In this document: piece by piece, positions 12,501 through 22,056 of the stretch
Layout: every line of letters starts with the position of its first letter
How positions within the stretch are numbered: the first letter of the stretch is position 1
NCBI GenBank assembly: GCA_963792415.1
Contig: CAWBVY010000006.1
Coordinates: forward strand, 672,001 to 736,000
Length of the DNA stretch: 64,000 nt
Direction: 5' to 3'
From: Candidatus Deferrimicrobiaceae bacterium
GTDB taxonomy: Bacteria; Desulfobacterota; Deferrimicrobia; Deferrimicrobiales; Deferrimicrobiaceae
Position numbers and translations under genes: made by a program
Notes under the pieces: model-generated
The model's input: only the letters and a program-made list of their open reading frames with translations
Databases searched by the model: none
What the model was told of the DNA's origin: nothing

Positions 12501-12579
12501 AAAACTTCATGCTGATCGAGCCAACGTCGATGCCAAGGAACAAGTCGTCTTTCCTCCCTCGGGAAATATGGGCGCGCAT
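9502..12579 (-). CDS. Acyl-CoA dehydratase activase-like protein (two BadF/BadG/BcrA/BcrD ATPase domains + DUF2229-like region)
   Basis: Two GID(V/I)GS, CAAGTGSF and RC(S/T)VF sets; CxxCxxxC linker; FKCGPD. Confidence 0.92.
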   Translation of the reverse strand: MRAHISRGRKDDLFLGIDVGSISMKFSLFLPEGSTDLSADLRGMFLDPEAIALPGAGKGYILSYDRLLGDPVRKVPERLRRWLAVLGEGNVRAIAVTGRSGRQLAPLIGATYENDFRCLVKAITVTHPEVRTIFEMGGENAKVIRLEATGDAGLLTVKDYDTNGDCAAGTGSFIDQQAHRMKLQVEQVGEMVAHAASAARIAGRCSVFAKSDMIHAQQKGYSPEEILKGLCDAVARNFKSSINKGKDPVPTIALVGGLFENSGVVRAIRDAFGFSGEDVVVPRGFAHMGALGAAAASSERAGAGSSVIAGDPAVEEPEERAFPSWPPLTTENVVFLRDRVQAPPKPEGRPEVFLGIDIGSVSTNFAVTDWDGNLLKEIYVGTQGRPVQVVTDGLQALRDEFGDTISIRGVGTTGSGRELIGELVGADTVQDEITAHKTGSTFISRRYFDASVDTIFEIGGQDSKFIGLENGVVTDFAMNDACAAGTGSFLEEQAERLGIRIKGEFAEMALSSSAPVRMGERCTVFMEQDLNNYLYRGARKDDLVAGLAYSVVMNYLNRVVRGRKIGETIYFQGGTAYNDSVAAAFSQVLGRKIIVPPHNGVIGAIGMALLARDKVRATKEPTTFRGFDLSKVDYRRREFVCKGCSNYCDMQEIRIGESRTYWGDKCSEKYRKAARTGTKPVIDDLVARRIEWMDRLVAETPASGPRGTVGFPRAMYFHERFPFWKGVLTRMGFGIKVSPRTDKAIAREGFERTVAEPCYPIQVAHGHVGALLVSGVDFLFLPNPINSETIHTHTASQFCPWGQTLPFVVAAVPKWEKELRQKLLSPTVRFRDGEKYIVEDLFDCFGPLGVSRKEIREGIRDGYREQAKLGRFLEVAGAEAIERVEKAGADAIVLLGRPYNLYDRDVNLNIPAKLRDQYGGNVIPIDFLPVDDIDIRDVNDNMFWNYGRKIIAAAKWCRNRPKFHMIYITNFKCGPDSFVRHFITKASGSPYLTLQFDGHGNDAGYVTRCEAYLDSKGVLRPWAQQ

Positions 12580-12788
12580 GCAGTTTGCATACAATGGTCG
12601 TGCCGGTGTCGCGACCGCTTGCAATTCGAAGGGTTACGAATGACCTGGCTCGGCGTCGCACCCCTGGTTCTGCCCGATCGGATAGCCGCTTGTCCAATCG
12701 GATAATTCGTGACCTCTCGCGGCCGTTCTTGGAATTCCTGGACAAGGCGGGGTATAGTGGAACTTCAAGAAAACCGAAGGGGGCGCGA

Positions 12789-13214
12789 ATGTTCGGCATC
12801 GGCTTCCAGGAGATGCTCATCATCCTGGTCGTGGTCCTGATCTTCTTCGGTCCGAAGCGGCTCCCGGACCTGGCCAAGAGTCTCGGCAAGGGGATCGCGG
12901 AGTTCAAGAAGGCGTCCGAAGAGGTCAGGAAAGGGATCGACGACGCAGTGAAGGAAGAGTCCGAGGCGGAGACGCCGAGGACGCCGGAGGATCTTTCCTC
13001 GTACGGGAAGGCACCGGGGAGCGCTCCCGCGCCCGAGGAGACCGCAAAGCCCGGATCCGCGCCACCGACCGAGGTTCCCGAGCCCGCAAGCGACACTGCT
13101 CCGGGCGTTCCCCCGAAGGAACCCGCTCCCCCGGGTGCTCCCGCCACCACGGAGGACGGGGCGCCGGGTACCGCCACCCGGGAGACACCCGGCACTTCCC
13201 CCCGGCAGGGGTGA
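12789..13214 (+). CDS. tatB: Twin-arginine translocase TatA/TatB family subunit with Pro/Ala-rich tail
   Basis: MFGIGFQEMLIILVVVLIFFGPKRLPDLAKSLGK; directly upstream of tatC (TatA vs TatB not certain). Confidence 0.8.
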   Translation: MFGIGFQEMLIILVVVLIFFGPKRLPDLAKSLGKGIAEFKKASEEVRKGIDDAVKEESEAETPRTPEDLSSYGKAPGSAPAPEETAKPGSAPPTEVPEPASDTAPGVPPKEPAPPGAPATTEDGAPGTATRETPGTSPRQG

Positions 13215-13220
13215 CGCCGG

Positions 13221-13979
13221 TTGTCGACGAACGCCGAGGAGATCCGCCAACCCCTCACCGAGCATCTCGACGAACTCCGGCGCCGCCTCATCAGGGCGCT
13301 CATCGCCCTCGGAATCGGCACCGCCCTCTGCTACAATTTCGCGGAGCGGATCTACAACGTGCTTCTTTCTCCCCTCACCGCCGCCCTCCCCGCGGATTCG
13401 CACATGATCTTCACCGAACTGACGGAGGCGTTCCTCACGTACTTCAAGATGTCCCTGTGGGGGGGGTTCGTGCTCGCGTCCCCGGTCATCTTCTACCAGG
13501 CGTGGCGGTTCGTGAGTCCGGGTCTGTACCTGAAGGAGCGAAAGCTTTTTCTCGTCTTCGCGGGATGGTCCACCTTCGGCTTCCTCTCGGGGATGGTGTT
13601 CGCATACTTCGTCGCGGTCCCGTCGATTCTCTCCTTCTTCCTCTCGTTCGGCCGGTCGGCCGTGGTCCCGATGCCGTCGATGCGGGATTCCCTCTCCATC
13701 GTCCTGCGCCTCCTGTTCATCTTCGGCGTCATGTTCGAGCTTCCCCTGGTCCTCTTTCTCGCGGGGCGCGGCGGGATCGTGACGCCGGTGCACCTGCGGA
13801 AATGGCGAAAGGGGGCCATCCTCGGGGCGTTCCTCCTGGCCGCCGTGCTGACCCCGCCGGACGCGGTGTCCCAGATCATGATCGCCTTCCCGCTGTACGC
13901 GCTGTTCGAAATCGGGATCGTGCTGTGCGCCCTCGGGGCGCGCCGGCGCGCCTCGACCCTCCCCGGATCCCCCGCTTGA
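13221..13979 (+). CDS. tatC: Twin-arginine translocase TatC
   Basis: LTEHLDELRRRL, W.FVSPGL, FELP, LTPPD. Confidence 0.97.
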   Translation: MSTNAEEIRQPLTEHLDELRRRLIRALIALGIGTALCYNFAERIYNVLLSPLTAALPADSHMIFTELTEAFLTYFKMSLWGGFVLASPVIFYQAWRFVSPGLYLKERKLFLVFAGWSTFGFLSGMVFAYFVAVPSILSFFLSFGRSAVVPMPSMRDSLSIVLRLLFIFGVMFELPLVLFLAGRGGIVTPVHLRKWRKGAILGAFLLAAVLTPPDAVSQIMIAFPLYALFEIGIVLCALGARRRASTLPGSPA

Positions 13980-14052
13980 GTCCCTCGAAGAAATTGCCTA
14001 TAGTTCGGGAAAAGGAACGATGCCGCACAACACCGTCTTCCGGAGGCTCGGG

Positions 14053-15534
14053 ATGATCATCGAGTGCCAGACCTGCCACACGCGGTTCCGCCTCGACGAA
14101 TCCAGGATCAAGGGACGGGGCGCGCGCGTGAAGTGCCGGAAATGCGGGGACAGCATCGTCGTCCTCAAGGACAGCCCTCCCCCTCCCCCGCCGCCGGGCG
14201 GGGACGGTTTCTTCGACCTCGGCTCCGCGATGCGGGATTCCGACGGCGAGAGTCCCCGGACTCCCCCCCCGGTCGGGAACCTGATCCCCTTCCCTCCTCC
14301 GGCCCGGCCGGTGGAGCCCTTCGCCGCGGATCCCTTCCCCCAGGCGCTGAACGCGACGGAGCCGGAAAAGGACGCGGTGGACCTGGCTTTCGACCGGGTC
14401 CTCTCGCCCGGCGCGGAGGCACCCTCCCCATCCATCGGGGAGAAGGACGCGGAGAGTCTCTCTTCCCCGGAGGCGGACGCGCCGGTGGAGCCTGAAACTC
14501 CCCCCGGCCCGGAGACCCGCCCGGAGCTGGACCTTGGCGCGTTGACCCTGGACCTCGGGCCGGAGGAAAAACTGGACCTTCCTCCCACCGCGGAGCTCGA
14601 GCCATCGATGGAACGCCTGTCCGCCGCCGAGCCGTCCGCGGAGTTCCGTGGCGAGGGGGGCTTCCTGATCAGCGATTCGGATGCCTTGGATTTCCTGCAG
14701 GAGAAATATCGCGACGCGGGGCCGGGGGCTCCCCCGGGAACCGGCGACATCTCCCTGGAGATCACGTCCACACCGGGCGATGGGGGGAGTTCCTTTCTGA
14801 GCGAACCCGACGCGTCCCCGACGCCGCACGGGGATTGGGCTTCTCCGGCCCCGGAGGAGATCTCCCTCGAGGGGAACGTCACCCCGGCGGCGGCGGCGCC
14901 GGTCGTCGATATCCCGCCGTACCGGGAGGCGGACCCCGTCCCCGCACCCCCCGCGGAACCCCCGGTGCTCCCTGGATTCCCGGCGCCGGAACCCGCACGC
15001 CCACGGTCATCCGCCGGGATCGCCGTGGCGGTAGTGGTGGCGGTCCTGCTCGCGGCCGGCGGCTATTTCGGCCTCACGCCATCGGGGAGGAAGACGCTCG
15101 AAAGGGCGATCCGCGGCGCAGCCGCACTCTGGGGGGGGAACCCGGCGGCGCCCACGGCGTCGAAGTACGACCTTCGGAGCGTGATCGGTTATTTCGAGAG
15201 CGGCAGCGCCTCCCCGAGGATCCTGGTGATCAAGGGTCAGGTGGCCAATCTCTCCAAGGTGGAGAAGAGCGGCATCCGGGTCCAGGCCACACTGTTGGAC
15301 AACACCGATACCATCCTGGCGCAGCAGACGGTTTACGCGGGAAACACGCTGTCCGGAGAAGTGATCCGGAAGGGGACCCGGGATACCGTGTCGAAAAAGT
15401 TGGGGAACCGGTTCGGGGAAGGGTTGGCGAACATGAACGTGGCACCCAACAAAATCATCCCGTTCATGGTGGTGTTCTTCGACGCGCCGGCGACCATGGA
15501 CAGCTACAGGCTGGAGGCGAAGGACAGCGAATAA
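14053..15534 (+). CDS. Zinc-ribbon (MJ0042-type) membrane protein with DUF3426-like C-terminal domain
   Basis: CQTC...VKCRKC finger, long Pro/acidic linker, TM helix, C-terminal PFMVVF; GGAGG before ATG 14053. Confidence 0.8.
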   Translation: MIIECQTCHTRFRLDESRIKGRGARVKCRKCGDSIVVLKDSPPPPPPPGGDGFFDLGSAMRDSDGESPRTPPPVGNLIPFPPPARPVEPFAADPFPQALNATEPEKDAVDLAFDRVLSPGAEAPSPSIGEKDAESLSSPEADAPVEPETPPGPETRPELDLGALTLDLGPEEKLDLPPTAELEPSMERLSAAEPSAEFRGEGGFLISDSDALDFLQEKYRDAGPGAPPGTGDISLEITSTPGDGGSSFLSEPDASPTPHGDWASPAPEEISLEGNVTPAAAAPVVDIPPYREADPVPAPPAEPPVLPGFPAPEPARPRSSAGIAVAVVVAVLLAAGGYFGLTPSGRKTLERAIRGAAALWGGNPAAPTASKYDLRSVIGYFESGSASPRILVIKGQVANLSKVEKSGIRVQATLLDNTDTILAQQTVYAGNTLSGEVIRKGTRDTVSKKLGNRFGEGLANMNVAPNKIIPFMVVFFDAPATMDSYRLEAKDSE

Positions 15535-15542
15535 TCGCCGGG

Positions 15543-15564
15543 CGGGGGCGGGAACCCGCCCCCG
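15543..15564. terminator. Hairpin between convergent genes
   Basis: CGGGGGCGGG-AA-CCCGCCCCCG perfect inverted repeat. Confidence 0.65.
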
Positions 15565-15570
15565 GCCGTG

Positions 15571-15756
15571 CTATTTCTTTTCGTCGTCTCCCTTGGTCGG
15601 GGTGACGTCCACCTCGCCCTTCTCTTTCATCGACTTTTTGAAGTTCCGAATCCCTTCCCCGATCCCGGATCCGATCTGCGGAAGCCGACCGGCCCCGAAC
15701 AGCAGGACCACGATCACGAGGATGATGAGAAGTTCCGGAAGACCGAGTCCGAACAT
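15571..15756 (-). CDS. tatA: Twin-arginine translocase TatA/E
   Basis: [43 protein letters not shown]. Confidence 0.95.
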   Translation of the reverse strand: MFGLGLPELLIILVIVVLLFGAGRLPQIGSGIGEGIRNFKKSMKEKGEVDVTPTKGDDEKK

Positions 15757-15828
15757 GCCCCCTCCTTCGAAAAACACTCCTTGGATCCTACACGTTCCAG
15801 TGTACTCCGGATCGCCGCGGGTTGTCCG

Positions 15829-16830
15829 CTACTTTTCGCGGATCGTCTCCTCGACCGCTACCCCGAAGTGCCGACCCGCGCGCTCCTCCATGAGCAGCAC
15901 CTCGTCCCCTGCCGCGATCCGGGCGATCGACTTTGTTTCGCCCCCCGGCCCCACGAGACGGATCGTCTCGGCGTTCTGCAGCACGACCGAATGCTCGTTT
16001 CCGGAGGGGCCGACGGCCCGGACCAGGACCAGCGGTCGACGCTCCACCTTCGACCGGCCGACCCACGCCGCCTCCCCCCCCCCGGAGTCGTCGACGAGGA
16101 GCACCCCCGAACCGGCGACCAGCTCGGACAGATAGGCGGTGCGGCCTCCGGGGACGCGGCAGTAGGAGTGCACCGCGCCCGCGTTAACACGGAACGGACG
16201 CGGAAGGACATACGGGTTCGGGACGTTCTCGGCGCACACGAGGAACATCCCCGCGCTCCCGTTGCCGACCAGCATCCCCCGGCTCCCCTCGATCCAGGTG
16301 CACGTGTCCACGCATACACGGTCGCCCATCCCGAGAGGGACCACCTCGACCACCCGCGCGGGAACCAGCGAAACGTCCTCCGCCTTCGCGCGGGCGGCGG
16401 CGGCAAGCGTGCGCATCCCCGCGGGATCCCGATCATCGAGGACCAGCCCGTAGACTCCCTTTTCCAGGACACCCCGGTAGAGCGAGACGTCGGCGGGCGT
16501 CCGGGCCACGACCAGGATTCTGCGCCCCCACGCCACAAGGTTCTCGAGGGGGATGATCTCCCGGTCCCGCGGAAAGACGACCCATGCCGTGTCCGGCGGG
16601 GAGCCGGCGACCCGCGTTTCGTCCTCCTTCCCCTCCATCCGGGTAACCCGGAAGTCGGTCCCCTCGCGCAGGTCCCCTTCGGCGCACGCCGTCACGACGC
16701 GCCCAAGTTCCCGCGCGGACGAGGCGCGGCCGTCCGGCACCCAAAGCACCTCGACCCCGGATTCGATCGCGGCGACGGCCACTTCCTTGTCCCAAGGCAC
16801 GACCCGGGCGATGAGCCGGGGGAGGCTCAA
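15829..16830 (-). CDS. 3-dehydroquinate synthase II (archaeal-type AroB')
   Basis: [52 protein letters not shown]; TTGA overlap. Confidence 0.93.
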   Translation of the reverse strand: MSLPRLIARVVPWDKEVAVAAIESGVEVLWVPDGRASSARELGRVVTACAEGDLREGTDFRVTRMEGKEDETRVAGSPPDTAWVVFPRDREIIPLENLVAWGRRILVVARTPADVSLYRGVLEKGVYGLVLDDRDPAGMRTLAAAARAKAEDVSLVPARVVEVVPLGMGDRVCVDTCTWIEGSRGMLVGNGSAGMFLVCAENVPNPYVLPRPFRVNAGAVHSYCRVPGGRTAYLSELVAGSGVLLVDDSGGGEAAWVGRSKVERRPLVLVRAVGPSGNEHSVVLQNAETIRLVGPGGETKSIARIAAGDEVLLMEERAGRHFGVAVEETIREK

Positions 16831-17627
16831 GGTTTCGCCTTGAGGATCCCGAGCGCTTCGCGGACGGTGGCGCCGCCGTGGACGATCGAGACGATGGCGC
16901 GCACCATGGACGCCGGGGAGCGGTGCTGGAACACGTTCCTCCCGATCGAGGCCCCCGCGCACCCCGCCGCCACCGCGTCGTGGACCATCCGGAGAACCTC
17001 CTCGTCGCTCGCCATCTTCTCCCCTCCCGCGATCACCACGGAGGAAGCGCACCCCTGCGTGACCTCGCTGAACGTCTCGGGGGATCCCGTGTAAGGGACC
17101 TTGACGATGTCCGCCCCCATTTCCGCCCCCACCCGCGCGGCGTGGCGGACGTATCTGACGTCGTACTCGTTCCGGATCTTGGGCCCGCGCGTGTAGATCA
17201 TCGCGAGGAGCGGCATCCCCCAGCGTTGACAGGCGCTCGATACGGTGCCGAGGTCGTGCAGCATCCGCGCCTCGTCCTCGGCCCCAAGATTCACGTGGAT
17301 GGAGACGGCGTCGGCCCCCATCTGCAGGGCGTCCTCGACGGTGGCCACCAGGACTTTCCGGTTGGAGTCGGGCGCGAGGGTGGTGCTGGCGGAGAGATGA
17401 AGGATGAGGCCGAGGTCTTTCCCGTAGCCGCGGTGGCCGAACATGGCGGCCCCGCGGTGCACGATCGCCGCGTTCGCCCCCCCCTCGGCGATGAGGTTCG
17501 CCGCCGGGGGGATCTGGATCAGTCCGGGGATCGGGCCGACGGTCACGCCGTGGTCCATGGGAACGAGCACGGTCCTGTGGGTGTTCCGGTCCATGATCCG
17601 CTCCAGGCGGATCTTCTTTCCGATCAT
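16827..17627 (-). CDS. 2-amino-3,7-dideoxy-D-threo-hept-6-ulosonate synthase (AroA', DhnA-type aldolase)
   Basis: [37 protein letters not shown]; coupled to DHQ synthase II. Confidence 0.9.
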   Translation of the reverse strand: MIGKKIRLERIMDRNTHRTVLVPMDHGVTVGPIPGLIQIPPAANLIAEGGANAAIVHRGAAMFGHRGYGKDLGLILHLSASTTLAPDSNRKVLVATVEDALQMGADAVSIHVNLGAEDEARMLHDLGTVSSACQRWGMPLLAMIYTRGPKIRNEYDVRYVRHAARVGAEMGADIVKVPYTGSPETFSEVTQGCASSVVIAGGEKMASDEEVLRMVHDAVAAGCAGASIGRNVFQHRSPASMVRAIVSIVHGGATVREALGILKAKP

Positions 17628-17670
17628 CGGGCGTGCACCTCCGGCCCGGGGATCCCCGCGGGCGGCTCCC

Positions 17671-19236
17671 CTACTTGAACGCCCCCCGGACCTTGAGGAG
17701 TTCGTTCAGATAGGTCAGGTTGTCGGCGAATTTCACCGCCTCCTCGTACTTCACCTTCCCGGCCGCCACCATGTCCGCCAGCGTCCAGTCGATCGACACC
17801 AGTTCGTCGACGTTGGCCTGCATCATCCCCCGCAGCTGGTGCGCCTTCCCCTCCCGGATGGCGTTCCGGACCCGGAGGGAGGTCGCCATCTTTTCCCACG
17901 CGAGGACGCGCCCCGAACCGTTGGCGCGCTTGAGCAGGCGTTGGGAGAAGACGAGGAGCAGCGACTCGGCCAGCTGCGCGCGGACCTGGGGCTGCTGGTT
18001 CGCCGGGAAAGAGTCCACGACCCGGTCCACGGCTGCCGTGGCGTTCAGGGAGTGGAGCGTCCCCAGGACCAGGTGTCCCGTTTCCGCGGCGGTGAGGGCG
18101 ATGGAAATGCTGTCGTAATCCCGGAGTTCCCCGATTACGATGACGTCCGGATTCTGCCGGAAGATGTGCCGGAGACCGTCCGCGAAGGAGAGGGTGTCGG
18201 TCCCCACCTCCCGCTGGTTCACGTTGGAGTTCTTGTGCCGGTGGGTGAACTCGACGGGGTCCTCGATCGTGATGATGTTGGAACGCCGATCCCGGTTGAT
18301 CATGTCGACGAGCCACGCAAGGGTGGTCGACTTCCCGTGGCCGTTCGGTCCGGTGATGAGGATCAGCCCCTGGTTTTTCAGGCCGAATTCGCGCAGGAAG
18401 TCGGGAATGCCGAGTTCCGCCGCCGACGGGACGGTCTCGGACACGTGCCGCGCGGTGAAGGCGATCGAGTTGCGCTGCCGGTACAGGTTGCACCGGAAGC
18501 GGCCGACCCCGTGCAGGGAGAAGGCGAAGTCGAGTTCGAGGTTCTCCTGGAACGATCGGCGCTGCTCCGACGTAAGGATCGCGAAGATCATCTGCTCGAC
18601 CTCCGCGGGCTTGAGGACCGGGAGGTTCAGCCGGCGGACCTCGTTGTCGACGCGGATCGACGGGATCGCCCCCGCAGACAGGTGCAGGTCCTGCCCCTTC
18701 CACGAAAGAAGCAGGGTGAGCATCGAGGAGAGGGTGTTCTCCATCCGGACGTGTCGTGCCGCCTCTTTCTCGGCGTCGAACTTCAGCGTGACATCCCCGT
18801 ACCCGTGGGCCTGGAAGAATGCCTGGGCCTGCTCGAAATGCGAAGCGGACAGGATGACCGGCTTCGTGGCGTGCCCCGACTGGAACTCCACTTCGCTCAG
18901 GGCGGAGAGATCCGTGGGATCGACCATCCCGACCACGAGGCGTTTCCCCTCGAACCCGATGGGGAGGAGGCGGCGAAGGCGGACGGTTTCCATCTTGACC
19001 AGCCGCTGCACCGCGGCGGGAACTTCGACCTTGGTAAGACTGATGTGCTGCATCCCCAGTTGGTCGGAGAGGGCCGTCAGCAGTTCCTCCTCCGTGAGGG
19101 ATGCCAACCGGATGAGGTTCTCCCCCAGCGTCCCCCCGAGCTGGCTCTGGCTCCGGAGCGCGTCGGCCAACTGCTCCTCCTTGATGACCCCGGCGGCGAC
19201 GAGGATCTCGCCGATTTTCAACTTCTTTTCCACCAT
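17671..19236 (-). CDS. PilT/PilU-family ATPase with N-terminal MshEN/T2SSE_N region
   Basis: Tandem MshEN-like motifs; [56 protein letters not shown]. Confidence 0.9.
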   Translation of the reverse strand: MVEKKLKIGEILVAAGVIKEEQLADALRSQSQLGGTLGENLIRLASLTEEELLTALSDQLGMQHISLTKVEVPAAVQRLVKMETVRLRRLLPIGFEGKRLVVGMVDPTDLSALSEVEFQSGHATKPVILSASHFEQAQAFFQAHGYGDVTLKFDAEKEAARHVRMENTLSSMLTLLLSWKGQDLHLSAGAIPSIRVDNEVRRLNLPVLKPAEVEQMIFAILTSEQRRSFQENLELDFAFSLHGVGRFRCNLYRQRNSIAFTARHVSETVPSAAELGIPDFLREFGLKNQGLILITGPNGHGKSTTLAWLVDMINRDRRSNIITIEDPVEFTHRHKNSNVNQREVGTDTLSFADGLRHIFRQNPDVIVIGELRDYDSISIALTAAETGHLVLGTLHSLNATAAVDRVVDSFPANQQPQVRAQLAESLLLVFSQRLLKRANGSGRVLAWEKMATSLRVRNAIREGKAHQLRGMMQANVDELVSIDWTLADMVAAGKVKYEEAVKFADNLTYLNELLKVRGAFK

Positions 19237-19273
19237 GCTTCACCTCCCGGGCCCGGTCTTCGCGTCCTGATCA

Positions 19274-19302
19274 AATCTATCGCAGAGGGTGGGGGGGGGC
19301 AA
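19274..19302 (-). promoter_or_regulatory. Putative sigma70 promoter containing a C9 tract
   Basis: TTGCCC-17 nt-TAGATT upstream of the MshEN-PilT gene. Confidence 0.45.
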
Positions 19303-19310
19303 CCCCAATC

Positions 19311-20179
19311 TCACGCGCCGATCGGCTCACCGGCGTTCCGGAATCGAAGAGAACAGAGAGGCGCCACGGGACAACGACCGCAGACGCCGCGCCGGGAGCG
19401 GGTGCACGCCCCGAGGATGCCGAGACGGGTCAGAGGATAGTCGAACTTCACCGGGTCCTCCGGGCATACGAGGCGCAGGGAGTCGGTGATCTCCTCCGCC
19501 ATCCGCCAGTCCGGCGTCTTCCGCCGCGTGAGCCCGAGAGCGCCCCCCAACCGCGCCATGTGGGTGTCGAGGGGAACGATCAGGTCCCGTGGAGACACCG
19601 CGCGCCACAATCCGAGATCGACACCGTCCGGGCCACGGACGACCCACCGCAGGAACAGGTTGTGCCGCTTGCACGCCGACCCGCGTTCCGGGCGCGGGAA
19701 GAGGAAGTCGCGCTCGCGCCCCCGACCCTCCTCCCCCCATCGGCCGCGGAGCCCTCCCAGGAACCGCCCCAGGTCCCTCCGAAGATCGGGGGTGTCCCCC
19801 CCCTCCCGGCGATGTAGAGCCGCTCGAGCGACCCGTGCTCGAGGTACGCCGCGCGGACACAGCGGAGGAAACGGTACACCCCTTCGGAAGAGATGAACCG
19901 GTGGGAAAGACCGGCGACCGAACGTTGGCCGATCGGCCTCACGGCCGTCAAGGCGGCGTGCGGAGACGGGGAAAGGGCATCGAAGAGGCGCGACAGGAAG
20001 TTCCGGATCTGGAGGACGCCCCCGAAGGCGAACGACGCGGCGAGAAACGCCGAGGCCTCGGCGTCCCGGGGGTCGGCGTACCGGTGGGGGAACGCGACCG
20101 GGTCGGGGGAAAGCTCCGCTCCCCGCCCCTCCGCGAGCAGGCGGCCGAGGGGACCGGCGATCGACCGTAGACGGGTTAC
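19311..20179 (-). pseudogene. TIGR02757/DUF2400-like protein, frameshifted, no canonical start
   Basis: DPVAFPHRY...FAFG in one frame; GSACKRHNLFLRWVVR...DLGLW...PLDTH...DPVKFDY in another; switch at G8 run 19796-19803. Confidence 0.8.
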
Positions 20180-21063
20180 GGTATGACCTTGTTCAGCGGG
20201 TACTCGACGATCCCGGAGGCCCCCTCCTTCTTGAGGACGGGGATCAGGTCCCGGACGATTTTCTGGTCGACGATGACCTCGAGGGAGAACCACCCGGCCT
20301 CGCTCAAGGTCGAGATCGTCGGGTTCTGCATCGCCGGAAGCACCTTGAGGATCCGGTCGAGATCGCCGCGGCCGACGTTCATCTTGAGACCGACCTTCTC
20401 CTCCGCCCGGAGAGCGCCCTGGAGGAGCAGGGCGATGTTCCCGATCTTTTCCCGCTTCCACGGATTCTTCCATGCCTCCCGGTTCGCGATGAGGACGGTG
20501 GTCGACTCGAGGATCGTCTCCACAACGCGGAGGTTGTTCGCCCGAAGGCTGCTTCCCGTTTCGGTCAACTCGACGATCGCATCGGCCAGGCGCGGCGCCT
20601 TCACCTCGGTGGCCCCCCAGGAAAACTCGACCTGGGCCTCGACCCCCTTTTTCTTCAGGTAGCGCCGGGTGAACTGGACCAGTTCGGTCGCCACCCGCTT
20701 CCCCTGCAGATCCCGGATCCGCTGGATGGGGGAGTCGTTCGGGACCGCCACCACCCACCGGACGGGGCGCAAGCCCCCTCGTGCGTAGAGGAGGGGACAA
20801 ACCTCCTTCACCCTCGCGTTCTGCTCCAGCACCCAGTCCCGCCCGGTAAGACCCATGTCGAGGATGCCGTCCTGGACATAACGCGCCATCTCCTGGGCCC
20901 GTATCAGGAGACCGGAAAGTTCCGGGTCGTCGATGGTGGGGACGTAACTGCGCGAGCCGACGTTGATGTTGAAGCCGGCCTTTCGGAACAGGTGCAGGGT
21001 GGACTCCTGCAGGCTCCCCTTCGGCAGACCTATGTTCAGGACGTTCCGCTTCTTCTCTTTCAT
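20176..21063 (-). CDS. hisG: ATP phosphoribosyltransferase (long form)
   Basis: [36 protein letters not shown]-terminal regulatory domain. Confidence 0.97.
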   Translation of the reverse strand: MKEKKRNVLNIGLPKGSLQESTLHLFRKAGFNINVGSRSYVPTIDDPELSGLLIRAQEMARYVQDGILDMGLTGRDWVLEQNARVKEVCPLLYARGGLRPVRWVVAVPNDSPIQRIRDLQGKRVATELVQFTRRYLKKKGVEAQVEFSWGATEVKAPRLADAIVELTETGSSLRANNLRVVETILESTTVLIANREAWKNPWKREKIGNIALLLQGALRAEEKVGLKMNVGRGDLDRILKVLPAMQNPTISTLSEAGWFSLEVIVDQKIVRDLIPVLKKEGASGIVEYPLNKVIP

Positions 21064-21099
21064 GGCGCTCCTTTTCGGGTGGAAACGGTGAAGCCCGGA

Positions 21100-21128
21100 A
21101 TTATACACATCGGGGGTACGCCTGACAA
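21100..21128 (-). promoter_or_regulatory. sigma70 promoter of hisG
   Basis: TTGTCA-17 nt-TATAAT with TG extension. Confidence 0.75.
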
Positions 21129-21229
21129 GCAAGGGGGAGGTGAATTCCGACGGGATCGCGGCGGCGGCGGTTTTCGGTAGAATGGCGACAAACTGCGCGT
21201 TCGACGCGAACGGGAGGGGGGGCAAACCG

Positions 21230-21330
21230 CCCCACTTCCGGATGAAATGCGCTCCCTGGGGTACCCTCACCGTAGGAAGAACGGAGGGCACTCCCTGGGG
21301 TACCCTCGATAATGGAAAGGTGGACGGGCA
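21230..21330 (+). repeat. Dispersed ~61-bp repeat, pair 1 (one full unit + one 40-bp partial)
   Basis: CCCCACTTCCGGATG...CTCCCTGGGGTACCCTC...GGGCA then CTCCCTGGGGTACCCTCGATAATGGAAAGGTGGACGGGCA. Confidence 0.9.
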
Positions 21331-22056
21331 GTGGAGGACGCGGTCGTACTGATGGCGAAAGCGCCGGTCGCAGGCCGGGTCAAGACCCGCCTTTGCCCTC
21401 CGCTCGATCCGCGCGAGGCGGCGCGCCTGTACGCCTGCATGCTCGGAGACACCGCCGCCGAGATGTCCGCGTTGACCCGTGTCCGGCGGTACCTCTTCCT
21501 CGATCCGCCGGAATCCGTGGACTCCCTCCCGGGTCTCCCTTTCTCGGCGTTCGAGCCGTTTCCGCAGCGTGGCCGGAACCTCGGGGACCGGATGCGGGAC
21601 GGCGCGGCGACCGCATTCCGGCGGGGGGCACGGCGCGTGGTGATCGTGGGGGCGGACTGCCCGTCCCTCTCCGCGGGGACGGTCCGCCGTGCGTTCCGGG
21701 AGCTTTCCACAGGAGCGTCGGTCGTCTTCGGCCCTTCGGCGGACGGAGGATTCTACCTGGTCGGCCTCTCCTTGCAGGACGAACGGCTGTTCCGGGGATT
21801 CCGATGGAGCACAACGGAGGTGCTCCGGAACACCGCGGCGCGCTGCAGGATCCTCTCGGCGCCGTTTTCGTTCCTGCCTCCCGGGCGGGACGTGGACACC
21901 GGGGAGGACCTTCTCGCGCTGAGGGAGTGGACGAGGACGCACGCGTTGCCCAAGTGCCCCCGGACCCGCGGGTGGATCACCGGTTTCTTCGGGCGGGGAA
22001 GCGGAGGATTCCCCGGGTCGCCGGAACGAACACCCGGTCCCCCTCGAGGTTCATGA
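21331..22056 (+). CDS. TIGR04282/DUF2064-like glycosyltransferase-fold protein
   Basis: [51 protein letters not shown]. Confidence 0.9.
   Translation: MEDAVVLMAKAPVAGRVKTRLCPPLDPREAARLYACMLGDTAAEMSALTRVRRYLFLDPPESVDSLPGLPFSAFEPFPQRGRNLGDRMRDGAATAFRRGARRVVIVGADCPSLSAGTVRRAFRELSTGASVVFGPSADGGFYLVGLSLQDERLFRGFRWSTTEVLRNTAARCRILSAPFSFLPPGRDVDTGEDLLALREWTRTHALPKCPRTRGWITGFFGRGSGGFPGSPERTPGPPRGS

Noticed and set aside
16074-16083. C10 and other 8-10 nt G/C runs in intact genes (also ~5224, ~13459, ~15131, ~36886) as phase-variation tracts
   Set aside because: Reading frames are intact and such runs are common here, so they are uninformative without read data
19580-20800. 406-aa ORF as an intact gene
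   Set aside because: N-terminus is off-frame hisG, middle is the TIGR02757-like 5' half, tail is post-frameshift nonsense
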